A stretch of DNA of 64,000 nucleotides from an uncultured Aliarcobacter sp. (GTDB lineage Bacteria > Campylobacterota > Campylobacteria > Campylobacterales > Arcobacteraceae). The position numbers and the translations under genes were made by a program. Within the stretch, counting starts at the first letter, position 1; each line of letters opens with the position of its first letter. Positions 7,934 to 18,521 of the stretch are shown piece after piece. A model generated the notes under the pieces. The model was not told the DNA's origin and made no database searches. It saw nothing but the letters and a program-made list of their open reading frames with translations. Where the stretch lies: contig OY781945.1 of assembly GCA_963677435.1 (NCBI GenBank), positions 2,112,001 through 2,176,000 on the forward strand. The letters are read 5' to 3'.

Positions 7934-9702
7934 ATAATAAAATATCATTAAAATATATATTAAACCTACTTTTAGATAATAAAAAATCACTTATACTAGG
8001 TCAAATACTAACAATTATTGCCATACTTGTGAGTGTTCCAATTCCTTTACTTTTACCTTTATTAGTTGATGAAGTTTTACTAAAAAAACCTGATTTTTTT
8101 GTAAATAATATAGATAAATTTCTAGGAAGTGGAAGTGCATTTTATTATATTGCACTTGTTACTTTTATTGTTTTATTTCTTAGAATAATCTATTTTCTTT
8201 TTAGTGTACTAATCACAAAGATATTTACAAAAATATCAAAATATGTAACATTTAAAATAAGAGAAAAACTTTTAAATCATCTTGAACTTGTAAATATGAA
8301 TGAATATGAGAGTTTAGGTTCTGGCTCAATTGGAGCAAATTTAGTTACAGATGTTAATACTTTAGATAATTTCATTGTTACCATTGCGAGTAAGTTTATA
8401 GCTTCTATTTTAACTTTAATCGCAGTTGCAATTGTAATAATAACAATAGATCCAATTTTAGGGCTTATGATTTTATTTATTCAGCCGATAATTATGATTC
8501 TTTCTAAAAAAATTTCTAAAAAAACAGGTGTTTTAAAAAAAGAAGAAAATAAAGCAATAGAAGAGTTTCAAAATAATATAAATGAAACCTTAGATTTATT
8601 TGGTCAAATAAAAGCAAGTAATAAAGAAGAATTCTTTTTTAAAGACTCTATAAGCAAAGCCAAAAATATCCAAAAAACCTCAAATGAATTCAACTATAAA
8701 AGTGTTGCTTATGAAAGATTTTCTTTTACAATTTTTTTAATAGCTTTTGAGATTTTTAGAGCAGCTGGACTTTTACTTGTGGCGTATAGTGATTTATCTA
8801 TTGGTTTAATGTTTGCTATGTTTGGATATATTTGGTTTATCATGACTCCTGTTCAAGATATTTTAACTATTCAATATGCATATTCAAGTGCTAGTGCTGC
8901 AATAACTAGAATAAATAAGATTTTAGATTTAAAACAAGAAAAAAATGGAACTTTAAAATTAGATTCAAACTCTAAAAAAGTTGATATTTCTTTGAAAAAT
9001 CTAAGTTTTTATTATAATGAAGATAAAGAAGTATTAAAAAATATATCTTTTGATATTAAATCAGGTGAAAAAGTAGCAATTATTGGTGCAAGTGGAAGTG
9101 GAAAAACTACAATTGCAAATATAATTTCTGGCTTTTATGCGAAAAATTCTGGAGATATTTTTTATAATAATATTAGTATTGAAGATTTAAATAAGCAAAG
9201 TCTTAGAGAAAATATCTTTTTAGTTTTGCAAATGCCTATTTTGTTTAATAATAGTTTACGATTTAACATCACAATGGGAAATGAAAATGTTAGTGATGAA
9301 GAAATTTACAAAGCTTTACAAATTGCACAACTTTTTAAAACGGTAGAAGATATGCCTAATAAACTTGATACTATTGTGGGAAAACATGGTATTAGACTAA
9401 GTGGTGGTCAAAGACAAAGATTATCAATAGCAAGAATGATTATAGCAAATCCTGCTATTGTAATATTTGATGAGTCAACATCAGCTTTAGATGTTCATAC
9501 AGAAGTTAAACTATTTACTGAATTAGAAGAGTTCTTAAAAGAAAAAACTGTTATAACAATAGCCCACAGATTAAGTACAGTAAAAAATGCTGATATGATT
9601 TATGTAATAGATGATGGTAAAGTAGTACAAAGAGGGAATCATAAAGATTTAGAAGAACAAGAGGGACACTACTTAGAGTTTGTAAAGAAACAGTTAATTT
9701 AA
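7930..9702 (+). CDS. ABC exporter, fused permease/ATPase (MsbA/MdlA-like)
   Basis: N-terminal TM domain; Walker A GASGSGKT, LSGGQRQR, Walker B IFDES, IAHRLSTV. Confidence 0.93.
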   Translation: MNNKISLKYILNLLLDNKKSLILGQILTIIAILVSVPIPLLLPLLVDEVLLKKPDFFVNNIDKFLGSGSAFYYIALVTFIVLFLRIIYFLFSVLITKIFTKISKYVTFKIREKLLNHLELVNMNEYESLGSGSIGANLVTDVNTLDNFIVTIASKFIASILTLIAVAIVIITIDPILGLMILFIQPIIMILSKKISKKTGVLKKEENKAIEEFQNNINETLDLFGQIKASNKEEFFFKDSISKAKNIQKTSNEFNYKSVAYERFSFTIFLIAFEIFRAAGLLLVAYSDLSIGLMFAMFGYIWFIMTPVQDILTIQYAYSSASAAITRINKILDLKQEKNGTLKLDSNSKKVDISLKNLSFYYNEDKEVLKNISFDIKSGEKVAIIGASGSGKTTIANIISGFYAKNSGDIFYNNISIEDLNKQSLRENIFLVLQMPILFNNSLRFNITMGNENVSDEEIYKALQIAQLFKTVEDMPNKLDTIVGKHGIRLSGGQRQRLSIARMIIANPAIVIFDESTSALDVHTEVKLFTELEEFLKEKTVITIAHRLSTVKNADMIYVIDDGKVVQRGNHKDLEEQEGHYLEFVKKQLI

Positions 9703-9745
9703 CTTTTTTTAACTATAATTAAAATAAAAATTTTAAAGGATTTTT

Positions 9746-10798
9746 TTGATAGATTCATTCAATTTAAAAAATTATTTCTTCTATTTTGCAAGTTTTATTG
9801 TAATAATAGCGGGAATAAAAATGGCAAGTGAAGTAGTAGTAATACTTTTTTTAGCAATCTTTATATCTTCGATATTCTCAACACTTCTTAATGTTTTAGC
9901 AAAAAAAAATATACCAAGAATTATTTCTTATTTTCTAATATTATTGATTGTAGTTTTTATTAGTTTTATGTTTGCCTATGTAATAAATATATCTTTAAAT
10001 GATTTTGTAGAAAATTTACCTGCATATGAAGAAAAATTTAAAAATCTTATTATAAATTCAATACATTTTGCCCAAGTATCAGGTTTTGAAATAGATAAAC
10101 AAAAGATATTAAATACTCTAAGTTTTAGCTCATTCTTTGGTTATACGACAAATATTATAGGAAGTATTGGTACATTTTTATCTAAGTTTTTACTTGTAAT
10201 TATTGGAGTTGCTTTTATCTTAGCTGAATCAAAATCTTTTCAAACAAAGTTAAAAGTAATCTTTAGAAATAATGCTAGAAAACTAGAGCACTTTAATCTA
10301 TTTTCATACAATATTCAAAGATATTTTGTAGTTAAATCATTTACAAGTTTTTTAACTGGATTTATAATAGCAATTGTTTTATCATTTTTTGGAGTTGATT
10401 ATCCAATATTATGGGGAGTAATTGCAATGTTATTTAACTTTGTTCCTGTTGTTGGATCAATTATTGCTTCAATTCCAGCTATTTTATTAGCTTTAATGAA
10501 TTTGCCTTTAAGTATTACTATTTGGGTTATAGTTTTATATGTTGTAATAAATATTTCAATAAGTAATATTTTAGAGCCAAAACTTATGGGAAAAGAGTTA
10601 GGACTTTCACCTTTAGTTATCTTTTTTTCACTGATTTTCTGGGGTTATATTTTGGGGATTGTTGGAATGTTTTTAGCAGTTCCAATTACTATGACTTTAA
10701 AAATTGCCTTTGATTCAAATACAAGTAGTCATTGGATTGGGATTTTAATGTCTGATTTATCAAGAAAAAGAGATAAAAGTAAAGAGGTTTTAAACTAA
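9746..10798 (+). CDS. AI-2E (TqsA/PerM) family transporter
   Basis: LFNFVPVVGSIIA, NILEPKLMGKELGLSP, WG.ILG.VGMFLAVP; TTG start after AAAGGA. Confidence 0.9.
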   Translation: MIDSFNLKNYFFYFASFIVIIAGIKMASEVVVILFLAIFISSIFSTLLNVLAKKNIPRIISYFLILLIVVFISFMFAYVINISLNDFVENLPAYEEKFKNLIINSIHFAQVSGFEIDKQKILNTLSFSSFFGYTTNIIGSIGTFLSKFLLVIIGVAFILAESKSFQTKLKVIFRNNARKLEHFNLFSYNIQRYFVVKSFTSFLTGFIIAIVLSFFGVDYPILWGVIAMLFNFVPVVGSIIASIPAILLALMNLPLSITIWVIVLYVVINISISNILEPKLMGKELGLSPLVIFFSLIFWGYILGIVGMFLAVPITMTLKIAFDSNTSSHWIGILMSDLSRKRDKSKEVLN

Positions 10799-10809
10799 AA
10801 CCTCTTTTT
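10781..10809. terminator. Bidirectional intrinsic terminator
   Basis: AAAGAGGTTTTA-AAC-TAAAACCTCTTT between convergent genes. Confidence 0.75.
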
Positions 10810-10824
10810 CAATTTAGAATTTGA

Positions 10825-11922
10825 TTAATATTTACTCATCATTTTATCAATTCTCTCATTTGCTTTTACTATTTGATCTAAAGAAATCTCTTCACTTAAA
10901 ACCAATGAATAAGCTGTATCAACTATTTGTTTTAATGTTATTGGTTTTGCTAATTGATTTGCGTATAAAAGCATACTTACACCTGAATTTATAGCTAAAG
11001 TTAAAGTCTGTTTTAAATCATAATGTTTTGAAATAGCATACATTTGTAAATCATCACTTACTAAAACTCCATTAAAAGCTAACTTATCTCTTAATAATTT
11101 TGTATTAATTTCATAAGACAGAGTTGCTGGATACTCTTCATCTAAATTTTTATTGTAAACATGAGCTGTCATGATCATATCAACTTTATTGTTTTTAATA
11201 AAATATTTATATGGTTCTAACTCTTTTTCACTCCAAGTATTTGTAATATCAACAAAACCTAAGTGAGAATCACCTAAAGATGAGCCATGTCCTGGGAAGT
11301 GTTTTAAAACAGAAATAACATGTTGTTTTTTTAGTTCATCTACAAATATAGAAGAGTATTTTATAACCTCTTTTGATGATTCACCAAATGATCTTCCTCG
11401 TGTTACAATTACTTTATTTTGTTTATTTATTGCTAAATCTACAACTGGTGCAAAATCTGCATTTATTCCTGATTCATTTAAATCTTTTGCTAACAATTTA
11501 TATGTTTGTTTAGCAAAATCTTCACCTTTTGAAGCCACATCAATAGCTTTTGGCGTATTTACAAAACCATCACTACTTTTTAATCGTTGAACAATTCCAC
11601 CCTCTTGATCAATTCCAATAAATAGTTTTTGTTTTGAAATAGCTTGTAATGAAGATGTTAATTTTTTTAACTGCTCTTTATTTCTTACATTTTTTACTTT
11701 TTTCTTGTCATTTGGATCTTTATCAAATAAGATAACTCCACCTAAACCTGCTTTTATGTTTTTATAAATTTCATCATTTTGATTTACATTTTCACCCTTA
11801 AAACCTAAAATCACCATTTTTGAAATCATTCTTTCAATCTCTTGTTTTGTATAACCTTCATTTGCTAATAAACTATTAGCTAGTGAAAATAGTAAAAAGG
11901 CTACAACTAAAATTTTCTGCAT
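10825..11922 (-). CDS. nagZ: Glycoside hydrolase family 3, beta-N-acetylhexosaminidase (NagZ-like) with signal peptide
   Basis: IDQEGGIVQRL, FAPVVDL, RSFG, KHFPGHGSSLGDSH, MIMTAH, VSDDLQM; start moved to MQKIL. Confidence 0.88.
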   Translation of the reverse strand: MQKILVVAFLLFSLANSLLANEGYTKQEIERMISKMVILGFKGENVNQNDEIYKNIKAGLGGVILFDKDPNDKKKVKNVRNKEQLKKLTSSLQAISKQKLFIGIDQEGGIVQRLKSSDGFVNTPKAIDVASKGEDFAKQTYKLLAKDLNESGINADFAPVVDLAINKQNKVIVTRGRSFGESSKEVIKYSSIFVDELKKQHVISVLKHFPGHGSSLGDSHLGFVDITNTWSEKELEPYKYFIKNNKVDMIMTAHVYNKNLDEEYPATLSYEINTKLLRDKLAFNGVLVSDDLQMYAISKHYDLKQTLTLAINSGVSMLLYANQLAKPITLKQIVDTAYSLVLSEEISLDQIVKANERIDKMMSKY

Positions 11923-11941
11923 ATACACTCTTTTTTTTAAT

Positions 11942-12358
11942 TTAATCTTCATCTGTTTTTTTTAGTACATTTCTTTGCGATGTAATAATTGATAAATATC
12001 TTACAAGTAATAAAAATATAATAACTCCTGATAAAATCAAAAGATTAAAATTTATTGGACTTGAAAATATTGCACTTAAGCTAGCTAAATCTTCTTTATT
12101 TACCTTTACAACATTTACAATAAACTCTCTTAAAGCTAAAATAATAAAAGCATCAACAAGTAGTGTCATAGTAACACGCTGTTCTCTGACATAATTTACT
12201 ACGGCTCGTACAATTTCCAAAAAAATCACAAAATAAAGCATATAAATAATAAAATCCATAAGTTTATCCATAGCAAGTGCAATCAAAAATAGTGCAGAGG
12301 TAATTGATAACTCTATATATAACTTATCTGAAAAGAAATTTACCAAAGTTTTTTTCAT
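11942..12358 (-). CDS. PsiE-like membrane protein
   Basis: 4-TM; LYFVIFLEIVRAV and DAFIILALREFIV resemble PsiE; GAAGGAG RBS before MKKTL. Confidence 0.7.
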   Translation of the reverse strand: MKKTLVNFFSDKLYIELSITSALFLIALAMDKLMDFIIYMLYFVIFLEIVRAVVNYVREQRVTMTLLVDAFIILALREFIVNVVKVNKEDLASLSAIFSSPINFNLLILSGVIIFLLLVRYLSIITSQRNVLKKTDED

Positions 12359-12369
12359 AAATACTCCTT

Positions 12370-13224
12370 CTAAATTTTTGCGTTTATATTCATCCATTCT
12401 TTTGGTAATTGCCCTATTTCATTATTTGCCATAAATATTATAGTTGCTATCATTGCTCTGGCACTTGTATCTCCACCAGCTTTTGAGTTTGCAATTAACA
12501 TCTCTTTTAAATTGTCATATTTTGTTAGAAGATAAATAACTCCACTAAAACCATCATTTATACCACAAGCTGGACCAAAGTCTCTAATTGCTGTAAAAGT
12601 ATCTTTTTCTTTTGAATTTAAAGCATTTTCAATCATATTCTTTAAATGCTCATTACACTCATTTTTTAATTTTAAAATCGATTCTTTTATATCATTTTTT
12701 TCTAAAACTAAAATTAATAATTTTGCAAAAAAATCAGCACACTCTTTTGCAAGGGTACTATTATGAGTGATACTTACAAACTTTTCTACATTTTTTAAAA
12801 ACTCTTCTTTTGTTTTTGAAACTTTTAAAAGTGGAGCAATTCTGCCAACTATTGATAAATCTGTAGAAGTTGAACCGCTTGGTGATATTTTCTCTTCAAT
12901 ATTTGAAACTGTATTTCTTGAAGCACCATCAATATAACCTGTATAATCTTTCATTTTTTTATACCAAAAATCTCTAAAAGCTTCTTCATCAAAACTATCT
13001 TTATCTTTTAAAAACTCATATAACCATAAAGTTTGGTCACCATAATGGGTAAAATCACCTGATACTTTTCCTTTATGCCACATAGCTAAGGGTGTATTTA
13101 AACCATTCCAATCAATTGAATTATTAACTAATTGTTGTTCATCATAAACCCAATGAGTTCCTAAACAATATGAATCAACAACTAAGGCACTTGTAACTAA
13201 ATCTTTTATTTTTTCTTCGAACAT
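12370..13224 (-). CDS. ADP-ribosylglycohydrolase family, crystallin-J1/SelJ-like subgroup
   Basis: DSYCLGTHWVYD, GDFTHYGDQ, THNS, FGPACG, NSKAGGDTSARA. Confidence 0.85.
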   Translation of the reverse strand: MFEEKIKDLVTSALVVDSYCLGTHWVYDEQQLVNNSIDWNGLNTPLAMWHKGKVSGDFTHYGDQTLWLYEFLKDKDSFDEEAFRDFWYKKMKDYTGYIDGASRNTVSNIEEKISPSGSTSTDLSIVGRIAPLLKVSKTKEEFLKNVEKFVSITHNSTLAKECADFFAKLLILVLEKNDIKESILKLKNECNEHLKNMIENALNSKEKDTFTAIRDFGPACGINDGFSGVIYLLTKYDNLKEMLIANSKAGGDTSARAMIATIIFMANNEIGQLPKEWMNINAKI

Positions 13225-13233
13225 TTTAATCTC

Positions 13234-13500
13234 CTATTTATTCCAGTTTTTATAATTTGTAAATGAGGGAAATTGATGTTTAAATTCATCTTTATCAAAT
13301 GAAAAATAGTATGAATCCATGTATGCACATAATAAATCATAATTCTTTTTCAATTCCAAAAACTTTTCTTCACTTCCCGTTTCCATATCTGGATGGTATT
13401 TTTTTGATAACTTTAGATATTTCTTTTTTAAATCTTTTCTTGAAACTCTTGTTAATATTCCAAACATATCAACAGCTTTTTCAAACTCTTCATATTCCAT
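13234..13500 (-). CDS. Small stand-alone J-domain protein
   Basis: LKKKYLKLSKKYHPD; AAGGA RBS before MEYEE. Confidence 0.85.
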   Translation of the reverse strand: MEYEEFEKAVDMFGILTRVSRKDLKKKYLKLSKKYHPDMETGSEEKFLELKKNYDLLCAYMDSYYFSFDKDEFKHQFPSFTNYKNWNK

Positions 13501-13619
13501 AAAAATCCTTTTTAACTCTTTTGTATTGTACACAAAAAAATTTAATATCAATTTAGATATATTTTATTGCAATAATGATAGTCTAAATAAAAATATCAAT
13601 AAACTAAAAAAGGAAATCC

Positions 13620-14252
13620 ATGATTTATACTTTATATTATGTACATGACCCTATGTGTTCATGGTGTTATGCTTTTAAACCTACATTTAATGAATTAAAA
13701 AAACACTTATCTTCAAATATAGAAATTGTAAATGTGGTGGGAGGTTTAGCAAAACATAGCGATGAAGTTATGCCAAAAGATATGCAAGAAAAAATAGAAA
13801 ACATTTGGCATGAGATACAAAATGTCACTGGAGTAAAATTCAACTACGATTTTTGGAAAAATTGCCAACCAAGACGATCAACTTATCTTGCTTGTCAGGC
13901 AACAATGCTTGCTCGAGCTCAGAATAAAGAAGATGAAATGATAGAAGCAATTCAAGAAGCTTATTATCTAAAAGCTAAAAATCCAAGTGATGCTTCAACA
14001 CTTATAGAACTTGCAGAAAATATTGCAATGGATGAAAAAAAATTTGAAGAAGATTTAAAATCACAAAAAATTGAAGATGATTTACAAAATGAATTAAATT
14101 TTAGGCGTTTACTAAATGTAAGAAGTTTTCCCTCTTTACTTTTAAAATATAAAGAAAATTTATATCCTATAAATATAAAATACAATGATTATGAATCTAT
14201 GTTAAATCAGATAAATAATATTGTTAAAATAGCAGTTTTTAGTGAAAAGTGA
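13620..14252 (+). CDS. DsbA/FrnE-like thioredoxin-fold protein
   Basis: HDPMCSWCYAF (CxxC); VRSFPSL cis-Pro loop. Confidence 0.88.
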   Translation: MIYTLYYVHDPMCSWCYAFKPTFNELKKHLSSNIEIVNVVGGLAKHSDEVMPKDMQEKIENIWHEIQNVTGVKFNYDFWKNCQPRRSTYLACQATMLARAQNKEDEMIEAIQEAYYLKAKNPSDASTLIELAENIAMDEKKFEEDLKSQKIEDDLQNELNFRRLLNVRSFPSLLLKYKENLYPINIKYNDYESMLNQINNIVKIAVFSEK

Positions 14253-14276
14253 GAAGATTTAAAATCTTCTCACTTT
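14246..14276. terminator. Bidirectional intrinsic terminator
   Basis: 15-bp perfect inverted repeat AAAGTGAGAAGATTT-A-AAATCTTCTCACTTT. Confidence 0.8.
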
Positions 14277-14278
14277 AT

Positions 14279-15970
14279 TTATTTCATTAAAGGATCAGTT
14301 AATCCTAAGAAATACATTCCAATAAGACCAATAAATCCAGCAACCAAACAATAATAAATTGTTGGGATAATAGTTTTTCTTAAAGTTTCACCCTCTTGAT
14401 CTAATAATCCAACAGTAGCAGAAGCTGCAACAACATTATGAATGGCAATCATATTACCAGCAGCAGCTCCCACTGCTTGAAGAGCAATCATAAATGCTGT
14501 AGATACACCTAATGCATCTGCAACACCAAACTGAAATTGTGATAACATCATATTTGAAACTGTATTACTTCCTGCAATAAATGCTCCTAAAGCTCCAACA
14601 ATTGGAGCAAATAATGGATAAATATCTCCCACAGAATGAGCAACAAAGTTTGCCATTGCAATTGGCATTGAATCAAATCCTGAAGCATTAATACCTGAAT
14701 TAATTAAAATTCTAACAAGAGGAATTGTAAATATAAGTACAAATCCTGCTCCAAGCATAACTTTTGAAGACTCACTAAAAGCCTCTTTTAACTCTTTACC
14801 TTCCATTTTATGTAAGAAATAAGTGATTAATGCTACAAAAACTAAAATTCCACCTGGTAAATATAAAGGTGCCATAGTAAAGTTTAATCCCTCACCTAAA
14901 ATATTTTTGTATGAAAATGCCAATGAAGTTGTAAATGCTTTTGCTTCTGAGCTTACTCTTGTTAATACTAAAATAAGTGCAACTAATACATAAGGAATCC
15001 AAGCTTTTGTTAAAGACATAGGAACTTTTGCAGTCATTGCATCAAATTTCATTTCAAATTTAGAAACCCAAGCTACTGGCCATTTTTCTCTTGGAGCAAA
15101 ATCCCAAGTTTTTTTAGGAATTAAAAATCCTTTTTTTGCAGCAAAAACAACTATTGGAAGACCAACTAATGCACCAACTAAAGATGGGAACTCTGCACCT
15201 AAAAATATACCTGTTAATGCATAAGGAATAGTAAAAGCAATTCCACCAAAAATAGCAAATGGTAATATTGATAAACCTTCGCTCCAAGATTTATTTTCAC
15301 CAAAGAATCTTGTAAGCATTACAATCATAAATAAAGGAATAAATGTTCCTGTAATTGCATGAGTAATTGCAACTTCTGATGTAATTACTTGTAAATATAC
15401 ATCCCACGATGAACCTAAATTTTCAAGAGTTGCACCAATTCCTGCTGAATCTAAACCTTTATTAACTCCGATTAAAATTGGAGTTCCAACAGCACCAAAA
15501 GAAACAGGTGTACTTTGAATCATCATTCCAACCATAACAGCGGCCATTGCTGGAAAACCAATAGCAACAAGTAAAGGAGCAGCAATTGCAGCTGGTGTTC
15601 CAAATCCTGAAGCACCCTCAATGAATGAGCCAAATAACCAAGCAACTATAATAACTTGAACTCTTCTGTCTGAGCTAATATTATTAAAACCTTCTCTAAT
15701 TACAATAATTGCACCTGAATGTTTTAGAGTATTTAAAAGTAAAATTGCTCCAAAAATAATCCATAAAACAGAAACTGTAATTAATACTCCCTCAATTGTA
15801 GAAGCTAAAACTCTACTAAATGATACTTCCCAAATCACAAGTGCTACTGCAACTGTTGATATATAAACTAATGGCATTGCTTTTTTTGCAGAAATCCTAA
15901 GACCTACTAATAAAATACCCGCGAATATAATTGGTATAACCGCAAAAAATGCTTGAAGACCTAACCCCAT
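14279..15970 (-). CDS. lctP: L-lactate permease
   Basis: [58 protein letters not shown]. Confidence 0.92.
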   Translation of the reverse strand: MGLGLQAFFAVIPIIFAGILLVGLRISAKKAMPLVYISTVAVALVIWEVSFSRVLASTIEGVLITVSVLWIIFGAILLLNTLKHSGAIIVIREGFNNISSDRRVQVIIVAWLFGSFIEGASGFGTPAAIAAPLLVAIGFPAMAAVMVGMMIQSTPVSFGAVGTPILIGVNKGLDSAGIGATLENLGSSWDVYLQVITSEVAITHAITGTFIPLFMIVMLTRFFGENKSWSEGLSILPFAIFGGIAFTIPYALTGIFLGAEFPSLVGALVGLPIVVFAAKKGFLIPKKTWDFAPREKWPVAWVSKFEMKFDAMTAKVPMSLTKAWIPYVLVALILVLTRVSSEAKAFTTSLAFSYKNILGEGLNFTMAPLYLPGGILVFVALITYFLHKMEGKELKEAFSESSKVMLGAGFVLIFTIPLVRILINSGINASGFDSMPIAMANFVAHSVGDIYPLFAPIVGALGAFIAGSNTVSNMMLSQFQFGVADALGVSTAFMIALQAVGAAAGNMIAIHNVVAASATVGLLDQEGETLRKTIIPTIYYCLVAGFIGLIGMYFLGLTDPLMK

Positions 15971-16097
15971 TTAATTTCCTCCTATAAAAAATTATAAAAA
16001 GAATAGTTATCCCATATGATATTTTTATGATAAAAAAATCATAGCAATGAAATAGCAATAAATTATAGAAGAAATGATAATATTTGTAACATAATTG

Positions 16098-18509
16098 TTA
16101 TGATTTTTTAATAATAATTTTAAATTCTGCCCCTTTACACTCTTTATATTTGTATGTAAAATGCTTATTTGAAACAAAAATTTGACCTTTTAATTGTTTT
16201 GTAATAATTTCTTCACTCATATATAAACCAATTCCAGTACCTAAAGATTTATGTTTAGTTGTAAAATATGGTTCAAAGATATGTTCTATAACATCTTCAT
16301 CTATTCCACCAGCATTATCATATATTTCAATAATATTATTTTGACTATCTTGATAAAAATCTATAAATATGGCTTTATTTATAATATCTTTTTCTAAAAA
16401 TGCATCTTTTGCATTTATTAAAATATTTATCATTACTTGCAAAAATTGATTTCGAGTACCACATATATTAAAACTTTCTTCATTTACAAAAACTACATTT
16501 ATATTTTGTTTTACAAGTTCAGTTTTAATTAAATTTAAACTATTATTAATAGCTAATTTAACATCAAAATCAATTTTTTCAGAATCTTCTTTATAAAAAT
16601 TTCTAAAATCATCAATAGTATTTGATAAATATTTTGTTGAATTCAAAATCACATCTATAAACTCAATAATTTCTTCTTTTGAATATATTCCCTCTTGCTC
16701 ATATAGTTTTATTGCACTAGTTGAAGAACTAATTACACTTAAAGGTTGTCTCCATTGATGGGCAATATTTCCTATCATCTCACCCATAGATGAAAGTTTT
16801 GATTGTTGAAAGAGAAGTTTTTCTTTTTCATGTAAGAGTTTTTCTTGCTCTTTTTGTAAAGTAATATCAGAAAAAACTGCAATATAATTTGTTAATTTAT
16901 GTTCTTCATTATAAACAGCATTTATTTTTATTCTTTCTATATAAAAGCCTTCATTTTTATTTTTATTTGTTATTTCACCTTCCCAATAACCTATTTCATT
17001 TAGTTGAGTCCACATATTTTTATAAAAAACTTCATCTTGAATCCCTGATTTTAAGATTTTTGGATTTTTACCTAAAACTTCTTCTAAAGAGTAACCAGTA
17101 TTTTCTTCAAAGGCTTTATTTACATTTACAATGTTTATATTTTCATCTGTAACAACTATCCCATCATGGGCATTTGAAAAAACAATATGAGCATTTTTTA
17201 GCTCTTTTTCTCTTTGTTTTTTTAATGTAATATCCAATGCAATCATTACATATTCTATTTCTCCATCTATTTCAAAGGATGAAATAACCATCTCTAATAC
17301 TTTTTGTTTTCCATCTAATCCAAAGATATTCAATTCTCGTTGTACTTTTATGTTTTCTGAATAATCTTTTATTATATTTTTTAACCATAATTTTTCATTT
17401 TGAGGCCAACATGGATATTCCCAAATATTTTTATTAAAGAGCTTTTTATCAAAAAAAGTTGATTCAAAACTACTATTTATTTCTACAATTTTTCCATCTG
17501 AATTTATAATCAAAGCAAAAAAGCTACTTTGTTCAAATAAAATTTTAAATTTTTTATTTAATGAAAATTCTTTATTTACTTTTTTATTATAAGTGTATAA
17601 CCAAAATACAACAAGAATAATTGACAAAATCAACAAAGCAAAAATTGTTAATAACAAAGGTTGACTTTTCTCTTCCCATGTTAGTAATGTTTTATCAAAA
17701 TTTAATCTAACTATTACAACAAAAGGATAATTTGTAGTTGAATTAAAAGAAAGAATAGTTTTTTCATTATTCAAGTTAAAAATACCAGAATAAGAGTTCT
17801 TCTGTTTTATAAGATTTAATAAATTATCGCTTATATAATTATTCTTTCGTTCTGTAAAATCATTTGAAACTAATAAAGTTCCATCAATTTTTAGAATATC
17901 GATATAACAATGCTCAATATTTAAAAAATTATTGTATCTATTTAGTAAAAAATCTCCATTTACTGCAATTAAAACTTTTACTTTTTTATTTGCTAAACTT
18001 AATTCTTTTAAAATAGGAAAGAAATTAATATCCAAATCATTTTTTGAATATTCAATATCTTTTTCATCATAAAAATCTCTTCCTTCTTTTGTATTTCCAA
18101 CTCTTAAAATATTACTAGAATAAATTGGGACAGGATAAAAAGAATCTAAATTTATTAAGATATTATTGTTTAATTTATTCGAACTATATATAATTTCATT
18201 GTTTTCATCTAAAATATTTATTGATCTGATTTCTAAATTATCTTTTAATAATTCAGATAATTTTGAGTTAATAATCTCTTTATTTTGTTCATTTTCTAAA
18301 AATACAACTAGATTATCCGTTAATAAATTTATCGTATTTATACTTTTTGTTAAATTATCAACAAAAATACTAGAATATAATTGAACTAATTTTTGATTTG
18401 TTTTAATTGTTTCATCTTTTAAAACAGAAATTGATAAAAAAACTCCTGTTATTATAAGAGTAGTAATAAATAAACTAAAAAATAGTATTTTTACAACCGT
18501 AAATTTCAT
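16098..18509 (-). CDS. Membrane sensor histidine kinase, Cache-like periplasmic domain + two PAS domains
   Basis: PAS motifs (VNKAFEENTGYSLEEVLGKNPKILKSG); H-box MIGNIAHQWRQPL; DNAGGI, FEPYFTTK, GTGIGL. Confidence 0.92.
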   Translation of the reverse strand: MKFTVVKILFFSLFITTLIITGVFLSISVLKDETIKTNQKLVQLYSSIFVDNLTKSINTINLLTDNLVVFLENEQNKEIINSKLSELLKDNLEIRSINILDENNEIIYSSNKLNNNILINLDSFYPVPIYSSNILRVGNTKEGRDFYDEKDIEYSKNDLDINFFPILKELSLANKKVKVLIAVNGDFLLNRYNNFLNIEHCYIDILKIDGTLLVSNDFTERKNNYISDNLLNLIKQKNSYSGIFNLNNEKTILSFNSTTNYPFVVIVRLNFDKTLLTWEEKSQPLLLTIFALLILSIILVVFWLYTYNKKVNKEFSLNKKFKILFEQSSFFALIINSDGKIVEINSSFESTFFDKKLFNKNIWEYPCWPQNEKLWLKNIIKDYSENIKVQRELNIFGLDGKQKVLEMVISSFEIDGEIEYVMIALDITLKKQREKELKNAHIVFSNAHDGIVVTDENINIVNVNKAFEENTGYSLEEVLGKNPKILKSGIQDEVFYKNMWTQLNEIGYWEGEITNKNKNEGFYIERIKINAVYNEEHKLTNYIAVFSDITLQKEQEKLLHEKEKLLFQQSKLSSMGEMIGNIAHQWRQPLSVISSSTSAIKLYEQEGIYSKEEIIEFIDVILNSTKYLSNTIDDFRNFYKEDSEKIDFDVKLAINNSLNLIKTELVKQNINVVFVNEESFNICGTRNQFLQVMINILINAKDAFLEKDIINKAIFIDFYQDSQNNIIEIYDNAGGIDEDVIEHIFEPYFTTKHKSLGTGIGLYMSEEIITKQLKGQIFVSNKHFTYKYKECKGAEFKIIIKKS

Positions 18510-18521
18510 AAAAATTTATAC

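Noticed and set aside
12370..13224. Selenocysteine recoding in the SelJ-like gene
   Set aside because: ORF is open with a Cys codon and no in-frame TGA.
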